From sequence record NC_048054.1: a DNA stretch of 64,000 nt; one strand, given 5' to 3'. The notes under the pieces are model-generated. The model did not search any database. It was not told the origin of the DNA and worked only from the letters and a program-made list of their open reading frames with translations. The position numbers were made by a program, and so were the translations under genes. This document shows, piece after piece, positions 35,140 through 43,681 of the stretch. How positions within the stretch are numbered: position 1 is the stretch's first letter; each line of letters begins with the position of its first letter.

Positions 35140-35984
35140 TATCCACCTCTACGGCCTCTCTGCGCTGCTAACGCAAGTGCTCGCTGTTCTTCTGCCTTGT
35201 TCTTATCGTGAACATAAGCACTGTGCCAGTAAAGCAGTTTGTTGATCGTTATATCATCTGGCACGTAGATGTTCTTGGCGCTGGCGAGGTCAAGCGTCAT
35301 GTTCATCATTGACGTGTCAGAGAACACACGGAAGTAACCGAGAATATCAATAGGGCTTGTGTATTTGTATGTGCGGAAACAACGGTTACACTTATGCGTG
35401 GTCTCCAGTTCGCAACTCACGTACACATAGTTACTGGCTTCGAGCAATTCGATTGGGTCTGCGTACTCCAGCGTCTGTGCGAGAGGGATATCGCTGTCGA
35501 TATACATCGCGTTCATTACCTGAGTGCGGTTCTCATGCTCGGCCAATAACTCAGCCTCAATCCAGCGTTGAACGGTAGGATGGCGCAAGCCTTTAGGAAG
35601 GTCGCGCCACTTGTGCTGGATTACTCTCTGTCGCATAACCTCTTCGGTGTTAAGCAGGTTACATTCTACTTCAACGAACTTGCATCCTTTTGGCCTATCG
35701 TAGTAACGCTCACCACGCATATCAACAAAGAACGGCGTGGTGCATCGCCATTCATACAGACGATGCGATTGCGGCCAACTATTTCTGTCGAACATTGCCA
35801 GCATGTAGCGGAAGTCTTCGAGGTACATCTCTCTGATCTTCACGTTGGTGAAACGCTGCAACGTATCAACAAAGAGTTCAGGCAGTTTGTGTTTCTGCGC
35901 GTTAAACAGACTCGACATAGCATCGGCCGTTATCTGGCTGATACGACAATCTGACCTGCCTGAAGGGAGATAGATCTCTAACAT
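35139..35984 (-). CDS. Baseplate hub / tail assembly chaperone (T4 gp26-like)
   Basis: N-terminal LPS motif, C-terminal CxxC (CNRC); upstream of the tape measure. Confidence 0.6.
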   Translation of the reverse strand: MLEIYLPSGRSDCRISQITADAMSSLFNAQKHKLPELFVDTLQRFTNVKIREMYLEDFRYMLAMFDRNSWPQSHRLYEWRCTTPFFVDMRGERYYDRPKGCKFVEVECNLLNTEEVMRQRVIQHKWRDLPKGLRHPTVQRWIEAELLAEHENRTQVMNAMYIDSDIPLAQTLEYADPIELLEASNYVYVSCELETTHKCNRCFRTYKYTSPIDILGYFRVFSDTSMMNMTLDLASAKNIYVPDDITINKLLYWHSAYVHDKNKAEEQRALALAAQRGRRGG

Positions 35985-36667
35985 TAGTTAACGAAGACCG
36001 ATGGGTTGAGATCCCATGTGCGTGTGCTGCGGCGATTGCAATGCGGACACAAGAGATCAATATCGGTCAACAGGCCGTGACGAGAAGCGCGTACCCACTC
36101 AGACAGTTCAAGCCAGAGAGTAAGGTCGGTCTGTTCTTCCAGACGCGCTACGTTGGCGTCGAAGTTACGACCCATGTGCGCTACATGCCAGTTGAACATA
36201 TCTTCGGACGCTCGCTCATAGTGACGCATACGAGGCAGGTCAAAGTGTTCGTGCTCGGCATTAAGCATAGCAACGGTCATCGACGATTCATCGACAACAC
36301 CAACGTTGTTTGCATCGCAAGGGAACGTATTGATAACGCCACCTTCAGGACGCAACTCGTTCACGATACCGTCGGAATATTCAAACAGCGGTTTCTTGCA
36401 ATTCCAGTATGTACGCAGTGGCATCACAGAGTTCATCCACATACGCTGCTGGAAGACAAGCGCATAGGCATCAGGCACGGTCAGTTCTTCGAGTTTGATA
36501 TTGAGACACGGTGCCAGTGCATCGAGCAGGATATACTTCATGTCCTTAGAGTCGATTGCCTTAGCGATGGCGCGGTTCTCTTTACCACCGAAGCGACGCA
36601 TCTCAAAAGCTGTAGGCAGTTCCGCCTTGTAGCCACGAGATGGTAAACTCGCTGTTTGAATTTCCAT
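35984..36667 (-). CDS. Baseplate hub / tail assembly chaperone paralog (T4 gp26-like)
   Basis: LPSRGY..MRRFGGKEN..; C-terminal CPHC; paralog of its neighbour. Confidence 0.6.
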   Translation of the reverse strand: MEIQTASLPSRGYKAELPTAFEMRRFGGKENRAIAKAIDSKDMKYILLDALAPCLNIKLEELTVPDAYALVFQQRMWMNSVMPLRTYWNCKKPLFEYSDGIVNELRPEGGVINTFPCDANNVGVVDESSMTVAMLNAEHEHFDLPRMRHYERASEDMFNWHVAHMGRNFDANVARLEEQTDLTLWLELSEWVRASRHGLLTDIDLLCPHCNRRSTRTWDLNPSVFVN

Positions 36668-36677
36668 AGTTTTAATC

Positions 36678-37190
36678 TCACATCATTGGACGGGAAACAT
36701 CGAGGGCCATTTGAACAGACCACATACCACGCCCACCGGTTCCGTTAAGCTGAATGCTTTGACCACCGATAGGCCAGCAGTTGCGGAGCTGTTGTTCGCC
36801 AACCATTTGCCCTTGGTTGTCGTATAGCTCGATGATAATGTTTTTCTTATACACAGACGGCAATCTAAAACCACCAGTGTATGGGTTCTGAATCAAGTTC
36901 TGCCATGCAGTGAAATACTTCATCACGGCCAGCTTCTGGTCGATACCAAATAGCAGACTGAATCCGTCAACGCTCGAACCATGTGGCCAGTTGATTTGCA
37001 CCGTGGCCACTTCTTTTGATTTCGATTGATAGACAGAGAACGGCAGGTCTACTTCTTCACACGCGAATGGGCTTAACGATATATTACCAATTACAGGAAA
37101 TTCTCGCACACGCCACTTGTCTTGCATGAAGGGATCGTCAAGGCCAGGAGCAGAAGAATCATTCAGGTCATCAAGCGTCGGCAGCGGCAT
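36678..37190 (-). CDS. Tail tube-like protein (gp19/gp54 family paralog)
   Basis: Similar size and pattern to 37919..38431 (MPxxTLDD/E..DP..; IELYD..G..V....NCWP). Confidence 0.7.
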   Translation of the reverse strand: MPLPTLDDLNDSSAPGLDDPFMQDKWRVREFPVIGNISLSPFACEEVDLPFSVYQSKSKEVATVQINWPHGSSVDGFSLLFGIDQKLAVMKYFTAWQNLIQNPYTGGFRLPSVYKKNIIIELYDNQGQMVGEQQLRNCWPIGGQSIQLNGTGGRGMWSVQMALDVSRPMM

Positions 37191-37192
37191 GA

Positions 37193-37867
37193 TTAGTCCT
37201 CTACAATAACAAGCACAGGCCTAACAGCATCGTCGAACTTGAGGAACGTAGCACCAACCAGATAGCCGCCGTTTTCAATCTGCTTCACGACTGCTTTCTC
37301 GTAGTCCGTTTCCCACTTGTCACGCTGGCTGGCCTTGTAGCCTTCAAACGTTTCTGACGCATCGTAATAGTTATACGTTCCGCCAGTTGGCATTGGGATT
37401 CGAGCAAGGAACTCAATACGACCAGCGTTCTTAAACTTGGCCTTACGCAGTTCTTGAGTCAGCTTCGTGTTCTCGGCCTTAGAGCCAGGAACAGCTTTGA
37501 ACGGTTTCTTCGGTTGTGGTTCTTTCGGTGCAGCAGGAAGTTTCTCACGCGCTGGAGTGTTCTTGTCTGTCGCCTTCTTAACACGAATACCTGATACGGT
37601 ACCAGTGAATGGACGACTGCGGCCCAGCAACGAACGTGCTGTAGCGGCATCGACTTCAAACACAACTGACGGGTCATCCTTATGCAGCACATAGAACTTG
37701 TTACGCTTTGCAGCCAAGATACCGAATACATCTTTTTCTTCGATATCGGCTTCATGCTCCTTGTTCTCAATGCTTACCTTGCGCTTACCTTCGAAGCGAT
37801 ACCAGTCGCAGTCTTGAATCCCTACGTCTGGTTTCTTACGTGCGCTTTCGCTCAGTAGAATAAGCAT
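37193..37867 (-). CDS. Putative virion protein with shared ~65-aa N-terminal domain
   Basis: GGAG SD; LLSESA propeptide-like start; WYRFEG..EKDVFG domain. Confidence 0.7.
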   Translation of the reverse strand: MLILLSESARKKPDVGIQDCDWYRFEGKRKVSIENKEHEADIEEKDVFGILAAKRNKFYVLHKDDPSVVFEVDAATARSLLGRSRPFTGTVSGIRVKKATDKNTPAREKLPAAPKEPQPKKPFKAVPGSKAENTKLTQELRKAKFKNAGRIEFLARIPMPTGGTYNYYDASETFEGYKASQRDKWETDYEKAVVKQIENGGYLVGATFLKFDDAVRPVLVIVED

Positions 37868-37876
37868 AGTCTCTCC

Positions 37877-37911
37877 AAAACGAAAAAGGGCCAGAACGAA
37901 TCTTGGCCCTT
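37877..37911 (-). terminator. Rho-independent terminator after the tube gene
   Basis: AAGGGCCAAGA-TTCG-TTCTGGCCCTT followed by TTTCGTTTT. Confidence 0.8.
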
Positions 37912-37918
37912 GTGTTTC

Positions 37919-38431
37919 TTACGATGCGAGTTCGGCGTAGTCGAAGGACCATTCGATTGATACCGGAACAGCCTGCGCAGCACCAGAGAACTGCAAGTCA
38001 GGAACCTGTTTCGGCCACACACCGTAGATGTTGTACTCAGCAACTACAGAACCGTCCATATCGAAGATACGGAAGATTGCTTTGGTCGCGTAGTCGGCTT
38101 TACGTGCGCCCAGCTGGGTTTGAGTAGCACGAACAAATTCATGCCACGCTTCCAGTTGTTTGTATACGGCCATTTCTGAGTTTTCGTTATACTCAGTGGA
38201 GAGCGCGTGAGAGAAGATCTTACGACCAGCGTAGTTGAGCTGGTGGCCGAACGCTTCTTTCAGAACTTCTTCCAGAGTAGAACCTGGCTTAACGCCAGTC
38301 TTACAGAACAGACGCAGAGTACGCGCATAGTCCGTACCACCAACAGGTGGGTTAGGGATCAGGAACTCGAAGTTGTCATCGAGTAACGGATCTTTCGTAG
38401 ACGAAAATTCGTCAAGAGTTACCTTTGGCAT
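37919..38431 (-). CDS. Major tail tube protein
   Basis: Directly after the sheath; T4 gp19-like (NYAGRKIFS..WHE..YNIYGVWP..WSFDY). Confidence 0.85.
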   Translation of the reverse strand: MPKVTLDEFSSTKDPLLDDNFEFLIPNPPVGGTDYARTLRLFCKTGVKPGSTLEEVLKEAFGHQLNYAGRKIFSHALSTEYNENSEMAVYKQLEAWHEFVRATQTQLGARKADYATKAIFRIFDMDGSVVAEYNIYGVWPKQVPDLQFSGAAQAVPVSIEWSFDYAELAS

Positions 38432-38442
38432 CTAAAAGCTCC

Positions 38443-40128
38443 TTAGAGTGCACCAGAGTTAATCAGTTGCAGCGCGTACTGGATATCACCGACAGGCGGT
38501 ACGATAGCAGTAACGTGAATGCGTTTGGTGTAGCGAGTCGGGTCAAGGAACACGTCGATGATCAGATCGCCACGCGCTTCGTCTTCTGCGGTGTTGTTGG
38601 TGTAGTCACAAGTAACTGCATACCAACGCAGGCCACGACCAGTTTTAATTGGTTCGAGGATTGCTTCCATAGCAGACTTCTGGCGCTGTTTCAGAATGTC
38701 GTCGTTCGGTTCGAAAACAGCACTCAGGTTGTTAGCGCGAGCAGAAGCGTGAAGCATTGCCAGCAGACGACGGATGCCGATATCTTGCAGCGGAGACTTC
38801 GTAGTGTAGGTGGTATCAGCACCCCACATGAAGATCCCTTCGCCTTCGAAGATAGCAATCGGGTTAATCTGGTTATCTACCAGAACGTCGCGGTCGCCTT
38901 GTTTAAAGCGATAGCGCACATCAGTAGCGAAGTCCAGCTTACCACGATTCAGACCACCAGGTGCCAACCACGATGCTACTTGGTCAGCAGTCAACATGCA
39001 GTACGCCATACAGATAGACGCAGGCACATAGTAGTCACGCGCATTGTCGTTATCACGGGCTTTAACGTCAGCGTTCGAGATAGCAGACCAAGAGCCGATG
39101 ATAGAGAACTCTGCTTGCTGGTAGGGCTTGTTGCCACGACGATACGCAACAGCATTGTCACGCGCCTGAAGGCTAACAGGAACACCATGCGTAGCGATAC
39201 AATCCATGCGGCTTTCGGCCAGTTCATCGATCTTGTTCGCAATCACTGGATGCTCAAGGCCACCAGAGCACAGGATGCCTGCCTGAACGTCTTCCCAGTC
39301 ACGGTAGTTGTCCCACGCAGTAAGGACAGCAGACAGACTCTGGTTAGCGATAGTCGCGTCAGAATGGTCTACGTCGATAACAGCGCCGTCGCTACCACCA
39401 GTGAACTGACCGTTAGGAGCAGTCGGGTTGGTTGGGTCAGCAGGGCCACCGCCAATTGAGTTGATGACCACATAGTTCGGGTCTTCCACCAGCTTGTAGT
39501 GGTTCTCGTTCAGCTTAACGCGGATGTACTTGGAGTTAACGTTGATAACGTCTTCAATGAAGAACTGGTTACCAGCTTCGTCTTTGTAGTAGCGCGTTGT
39601 TACGGTGTGTGACTCAAGAGGAGTCAGGTAGCCGACACGATACACTTTGATGATGGACTTAATGCCCAGCGCATCAGTCACGTCAGGTTCGAACGTGATG
39701 TACATGTCGTTTGCCGCTGCGTACTGAGACATTGCGTAGATCAGGCAGATATCGCGATCAGAGAAAGCAATCTGCTCAGGGTCAACAAGTCCAGCGTCAC
39801 CGAGAGGGCGGCAGGTGGCAAAGTTATTATAAGTTGTGAGGTACACACCTGCGTATTTCACGGAGAGAGCGACACGCGTAATGTTCAGCTTGGTTGCTTT
39901 CGTCATCAGAAGTTTTGCGTTCTGGACGTTGTTAGCGTACTGCCCCGTTGCTGGACCAAAAATTGCGTCAATCTCATCCTTAGAGGTAACAGTTGTGTTA
40001 ACACCCACAGGTCCGCGAGGGAATGGCAGAACCAGAGTACACATGCCGTACTGCACAAGTGACGCTTGGTTGCTGCGATCATTCTCCTGCGAATAGACCC
40101 CCGGAGAGGGGTGATTAGGTTGTAACAT
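38443..40128 (-). CDS. Tail sheath protein
   Basis: PGVYSQENDRS start; WLAPGGLNRG; INPI..WGADT; RRLL; C-terminal sheath fold. Confidence 0.95.
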   Translation of the reverse strand: MLQPNHPSPGVYSQENDRSNQASLVQYGMCTLVLPFPRGPVGVNTTVTSKDEIDAIFGPATGQYANNVQNAKLLMTKATKLNITRVALSVKYAGVYLTTYNNFATCRPLGDAGLVDPEQIAFSDRDICLIYAMSQYAAANDMYITFEPDVTDALGIKSIIKVYRVGYLTPLESHTVTTRYYKDEAGNQFFIEDVINVNSKYIRVKLNENHYKLVEDPNYVVINSIGGGPADPTNPTAPNGQFTGGSDGAVIDVDHSDATIANQSLSAVLTAWDNYRDWEDVQAGILCSGGLEHPVIANKIDELAESRMDCIATHGVPVSLQARDNAVAYRRGNKPYQQAEFSIIGSWSAISNADVKARDNDNARDYYVPASICMAYCMLTADQVASWLAPGGLNRGKLDFATDVRYRFKQGDRDVLVDNQINPIAIFEGEGIFMWGADTTYTTKSPLQDIGIRRLLAMLHASARANNLSAVFEPNDDILKQRQKSAMEAILEPIKTGRGLRWYAVTCDYTNNTAEDEARGDLIIDVFLDPTRYTKRIHVTAIVPPVGDIQYALQLINSGAL

Positions 40129-40170
40129 CGTGAATCTCCATAAGAATGGGCATCGTGTAACGACTGTATG

Positions 40171-40178
40171 AAATTAGC
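40171..40178 (-). promoter_or_regulatory. GCTAATTT motif upstream of the sheath gene
   Basis: In the 56-nt gap, 43 nt upstream of the sheath ATG. Confidence 0.55.
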
Positions 40179-40184
40179 GAGAAC

Positions 40185-40529
40185 TCAATAGCAAATCACA
40201 TTAACTCGCTGATCCACGTCACTTACCAGAACAGATTGTGCCATCTTTCCTGTGAGTGTGAATTGGCCTTCGATAATCATTTGCCCACCAGCGAACTGGA
40301 GAACAACAGGCTCTGCGGTATCAATGTACAGCAGCCCTTTAACCTCAGGCAGTGCGTAGCCTTTCGGACCAACGATAACACTCTGCATCTGATATTCACC
40401 ATCGAGAGGAATACCTACAGCGTGTGACTGTCGTTTCAGAATGGCATTCTGGTTAGAAGTGACAGCACGTACACGGCTATCAATGACCAGTGTGCGGTCG
40501 AGCTTACGATACTTCTCGCGTGTGTACAT
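40185..40529 (-). CDS. Small structural protein (114 aa)
   Basis: TAATG coupling; GAGGAG SD; lies between neck and sheath genes. Confidence 0.7.
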   Translation of the reverse strand: MYTREKYRKLDRTLVIDSRVRAVTSNQNAILKRQSHAVGIPLDGEYQMQSVIVGPKGYALPEVKGLLYIDTAEPVVLQFAGGQMIIEGQFTLTGKMAQSVLVSDVDQRVNVICY

Positions 40530-41218
40530 TAGTCGAACTCCTCTTCATCTTCTTCCGCGGCAGCCATAGCGCGAGGACCTAAGTCCATATCGATCTCAAC
40601 GTTCTCGGTGATTTCACCGTAGTTGTTAATCTTCGCTTGCTCCAGATTGAAACCAATCTTGGTGTGAATCGTGATTGGAATCTCCAGTTCGAAACTACCC
40701 GGCGTACTGCCGTCATCGAGGTCATCAATGTTAGGCATAGGGATAGAGTCATCGAGTTTAACGCGCACAGTCCATTTGGACGAGGGCATCTCGATAGAGA
40801 AACTCATGAGGTCAGTTAAGCCTGCGATAAGCGCCTGTTGAATAAACAGCAGAGCCTGATCGATATTCATGAACTTAACGAACAATGAGCCAGTGAGTGT
40901 TACAGGGAAGTAGTAGTTCGTTACCACGACGGCGTTAGTGTCATCATTCCCTAGTGCCCAGCCTGAACCGTGTCGAGCGATGTTCTTAATGTTCACCGAT
41001 TCTTCACGGTTGAATGCCATAGTAGGCAACTTGAACCATCCATATGGATAGTCAGTGCTTTGATTGTTCGTTGCACGAATACCTTGCTTAGGGTTGTTAT
41101 GCACAGACCAAACAAAACGCTTTAAGTTGAATCCTTGGCGGAACTGACGTTGAAAGCCAAAGATGGTAGCTTTCAGTGACGTACTGTTCTTGAGCATACC
41201 AGCAAGGTTCGCGCTCAT
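40529..41218 (-). CDS. Putative tail terminator / neck protein
   Basis: Position upstream of the sheath; beta-rich fold pattern with acidic tail. Confidence 0.55.
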   Translation of the reverse strand: MSANLAGMLKNSTSLKATIFGFQRQFRQGFNLKRFVWSVHNNPKQGIRATNNQSTDYPYGWFKLPTMAFNREESVNIKNIARHGSGWALGNDDTNAVVVTNYYFPVTLTGSLFVKFMNIDQALLFIQQALIAGLTDLMSFSIEMPSSKWTVRVKLDDSIPMPNIDDLDDGSTPGSFELEIPITIHTKIGFNLEQAKINNYGEITENVEIDMDLGPRAMAAAEEDEEEFD

Positions 41219-41236
41219 TTTCTCGCTCCAGATACG

Positions 41237-41264
41237 AAAAAAGGGCGGCCGAAGCCACCCTTTT
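41237..41264 (-). terminator. Rho-independent terminator after the capsid operon
   Basis: AAAAGGGTGGC-TTCG-GCCGCCCTTTTTT. Confidence 0.85.
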
Positions 41265-41283
41265 GGTTACCCTTAATCGGGTG

Positions 41284-41706
41284 TTAGTCGTCGAGTCGTA
41301 AACGAATCAATGTGGAAGGGGCGGACGAATCGGATTCGATAGCATCATCTGCATCGTCCTCTTCTTCATCTTCAAGCTCGTCTTCCAATTCGTCCTCTTC
41401 TTCAACGTCGTCATCAGAGTTGAGGCTGATAACTTCGTCGTCGCAAAGGGACTCGGCTTTTTCTTCCTCGGCATTAAGCTCTAAAGCAGCGGATAACGCA
41501 GCAACGGAGTCAGCCATTCCAGAAGCGTTCGACACAGAGTTAACGAGGCATGACGCTTCGAAGTTGTCTGCGAGTTCGCATTCGAGAAAGTCCTCAGCGT
41601 CTGGTGCACACGCCGCTTGAGCAAGCAAACGCGCAACATCAGTCCACTGTCCGTCACGCGCCGCGACGATTGCCAGTGCAGCTAAGGAACCAGATAAAGT
41701 CTTCAT
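41284..41706 (-). CDS. Acidic small head/core protein (140 aa)
   Basis: AAGGA SD; D/E tract; directly after MCP. Confidence 0.75.
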   Translation of the reverse strand: MKTLSGSLAALAIVAARDGQWTDVARLLAQAACAPDAEDFLECELADNFEASCLVNSVSNASGMADSVAALSAALELNAEEEKAESLCDDEVISLNSDDDVEEEDELEDELEDEEEDDADDAIESDSSAPSTLIRLRLDD

Positions 41707-41758
41707 GCTTGGTCCTCAGTTAAGAGGGCAGCGTAATGTTGCCCTCATTGCACTATGC

Positions 41759-42859
41759 TCAGCCTCGGACGGCTTTTGCGACAGAACGCACGTTCGCCAG
41801 AGTGAAGGAGAAGGTGCTAGACAGCAACCAACCGCGGTCGGTGTTGCCCTGGTTAGCGCCGCTGGTCGGGGTAGACTGGGTGCCGCCACGAGTGGTGTAC
41901 ACTGCGTGGTAGTCCTGGTCAGCCAGAACGTACAGTTCGCCGTCGTGCAGAACGCGGTGTTCTGGAGCACGGAAGCCGTCGGTGATCAGTTCCATACCCA
42001 GCAGGGTACCCAGACGACCGGTAGTGATCAGGTCATACTTAGACACTGGGTCCAGAGCAGAGCTGAACTGATCGTTACCAACGATATCGTTCCAGTAGTC
42101 CTGCGCCATAACAGCGGTGCTTACAGGCAGCGGCCAGCTTGACACAGAATTTTTCAGAGTAGACAGCAGACGCGGAGTCAGGTCGCCGTGTACCCAGGTG
42201 ACAGGGTTAGCAACGCCAACAGCCTGGTCACAAGCGCGTTTCCACAGACGGTCTTCTGCAACCATGATAGAAGACAGGCCGTCTTGCTGTGCGCGGTCCA
42301 GCAGGTCGCCGTTGATCTGGTCCAGGTCCATCTTGCTTACGCGGATGTTGGATTTCAGTTCAAACTCAGCAGGCGTGTAAACACGGCCGCGGAATTGACG
42401 GTAACCGAAGTCGGTAGGACCAGTAGCGATTACTGCTTCTGCCTGGTGGATTTTCAGTTCGATACGAGCGATATCGCCCTGACGAACGGTAGCGCCTTTA
42501 CAAACTTTGCGCAGCAGGCCAGCACGTTCAGCACGGTCTTCGATAGATGCAACGATAGATGCACCCAGAGAAGCCCACTTCTCGCCGCTGCCGTCTGCAA
42601 CAGCTTCCTGAATCAGCTCGATCTTCTCAGCTTCGGACAGACCGTTCTGAGCGCCCGAGTGAGAGTGAACCAGGTTACCAGCAGCAGCTTCTGCCATCAG
42701 AGCAGAGATACGAGTCAGCAGGTCTTTGTTCGAGTAGGCGTTGATTTCGCCAGTGCTTTGGCTCAGAGCCAGATCGCCTTTACCACCGAAGCGCAGGTCT
42801 TCGATTGGGGCACCGTTACGCAGAGTTACTTTAGCGCCGCGCATTAAGGAATTGTTCAT
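41759..42859 (-). CDS. Major capsid protein (HK97 fold)
   Basis: 366 aa with strongly biased high-expression codons. Order is protease, scaffold, decoration, MCP. VYTPAEFELKSNIRV..IMVAEDR and GRLGTLLGMELITD segments fit the HK97 fold. Confidence 0.85.
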   Translation of the reverse strand: MNNSLMRGAKVTLRNGAPIEDLRFGGKGDLALSQSTGEINAYSNKDLLTRISALMAEAAAGNLVHSHSGAQNGLSEAEKIELIQEAVADGSGEKWASLGASIVASIEDRAERAGLLRKVCKGATVRQGDIARIELKIHQAEAVIATGPTDFGYRQFRGRVYTPAEFELKSNIRVSKMDLDQINGDLLDRAQQDGLSSIMVAEDRLWKRACDQAVGVANPVTWVHGDLTPRLLSTLKNSVSSWPLPVSTAVMAQDYWNDIVGNDQFSSALDPVSKYDLITTGRLGTLLGMELITDGFRAPEHRVLHDGELYVLADQDYHAVYTTRGGTQSTPTSGANQGNTDRGWLLSSTFSFTLANVRSVAKAVRG

Positions 42860-42918
42860 TAGTTGCTCCTGAGAATAATCTCGTAAGTTTCAGTTCAAAC
42901 AGTTACGGTGCGCGACGA

Positions 42919-43626
42919 TTAGGCGCCGTAAGAGGAAGACATTTCAACGATCAGGTAACCACGTTCAGTGGTAGGCGCCTGCTTGATGATGCAGCCTTTC
43001 AGCACAGTGCCGTTACCGCCGATAGTCAGCAGACCGTTCGGGCCGAGGGTAGGATGCAGCACGTTGTCAGCAGACCAGTCAGCAGTTGGGTCAAACATAG
43101 AGGTAGCGATGTTACCCAGTTTGATGTAACCAACGCGGCCTTCAACGTTAGACGGCAGACCACCGATAGGAGCATCAGCAGTGTAAGAACGCGCTTCGGT
43201 CACGGTCAGTTCGTAAGCATACACGATGCGAACTTTCTTACCAATGTCGTCAGCGTGGAAGTACAGGTCAGCGCCCTGCACACCAACTTTACCGGCAGCA
43301 GATGCAGAAGCAGTAGCTTCCTGTTCAGCTTTAACGCCGTCGATTTTAACCAGCAGTGCGCCAGCGTTAGGAACGCGGGAAGCAGTGAACTTTTTGGTCG
43401 CGTCGATTGCGAACTCTTCCACACGGTTCATGTGCGCAGGCGGCATAGAGCGAGCCAGAGCAAAACCAGCGAAGACTTCTTCGGCAGCACCAGTAGACAG
43501 GCGCAGGTAGGAGTGGCCGCCTTCGCGAGCCCAAACCAGTGCAACACCTTCTTCGTGGATTACTTCGCCCGGCAGCAGATCAGCTTCCTGGGTCTGTACG
43601 ATATCAGTAGCGTTTTGAAACAACAT
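42919..43626 (-). CDS. Head decoration / minor capsid protein
   Basis: High-expression codon bias; lies between scaffold and MCP; FAGFAL..; APT..GYLIVE end. Confidence 0.65.
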   Translation of the reverse strand: MLFQNATDIVQTQEADLLPGEVIHEEGVALVWAREGGHSYLRLSTGAAEEVFAGFALARSMPPAHMNRVEEFAIDATKKFTASRVPNAGALLVKIDGVKAEQEATASASAAGKVGVQGADLYFHADDIGKKVRIVYAYELTVTEARSYTADAPIGGLPSNVEGRVGYIKLGNIATSMFDPTADWSADNVLHPTLGPNGLLTIGGNGTVLKGCIIKQAPTTERGYLIVEMSSSYGA

Positions 43627-43681
43627 AATCAGTTTCTCCAGATTAGAGATAAAGGTTTAACTTGCTACCGCTTGCTGCCCA

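Noticed and set aside
35139-36667. Programmed frameshift between the chaperone genes upstream of the tape measure
   Set aside because: Each ORF has its own start with TAATG coupling, and I saw no clear X XXY YYZ slippery site at the junction.
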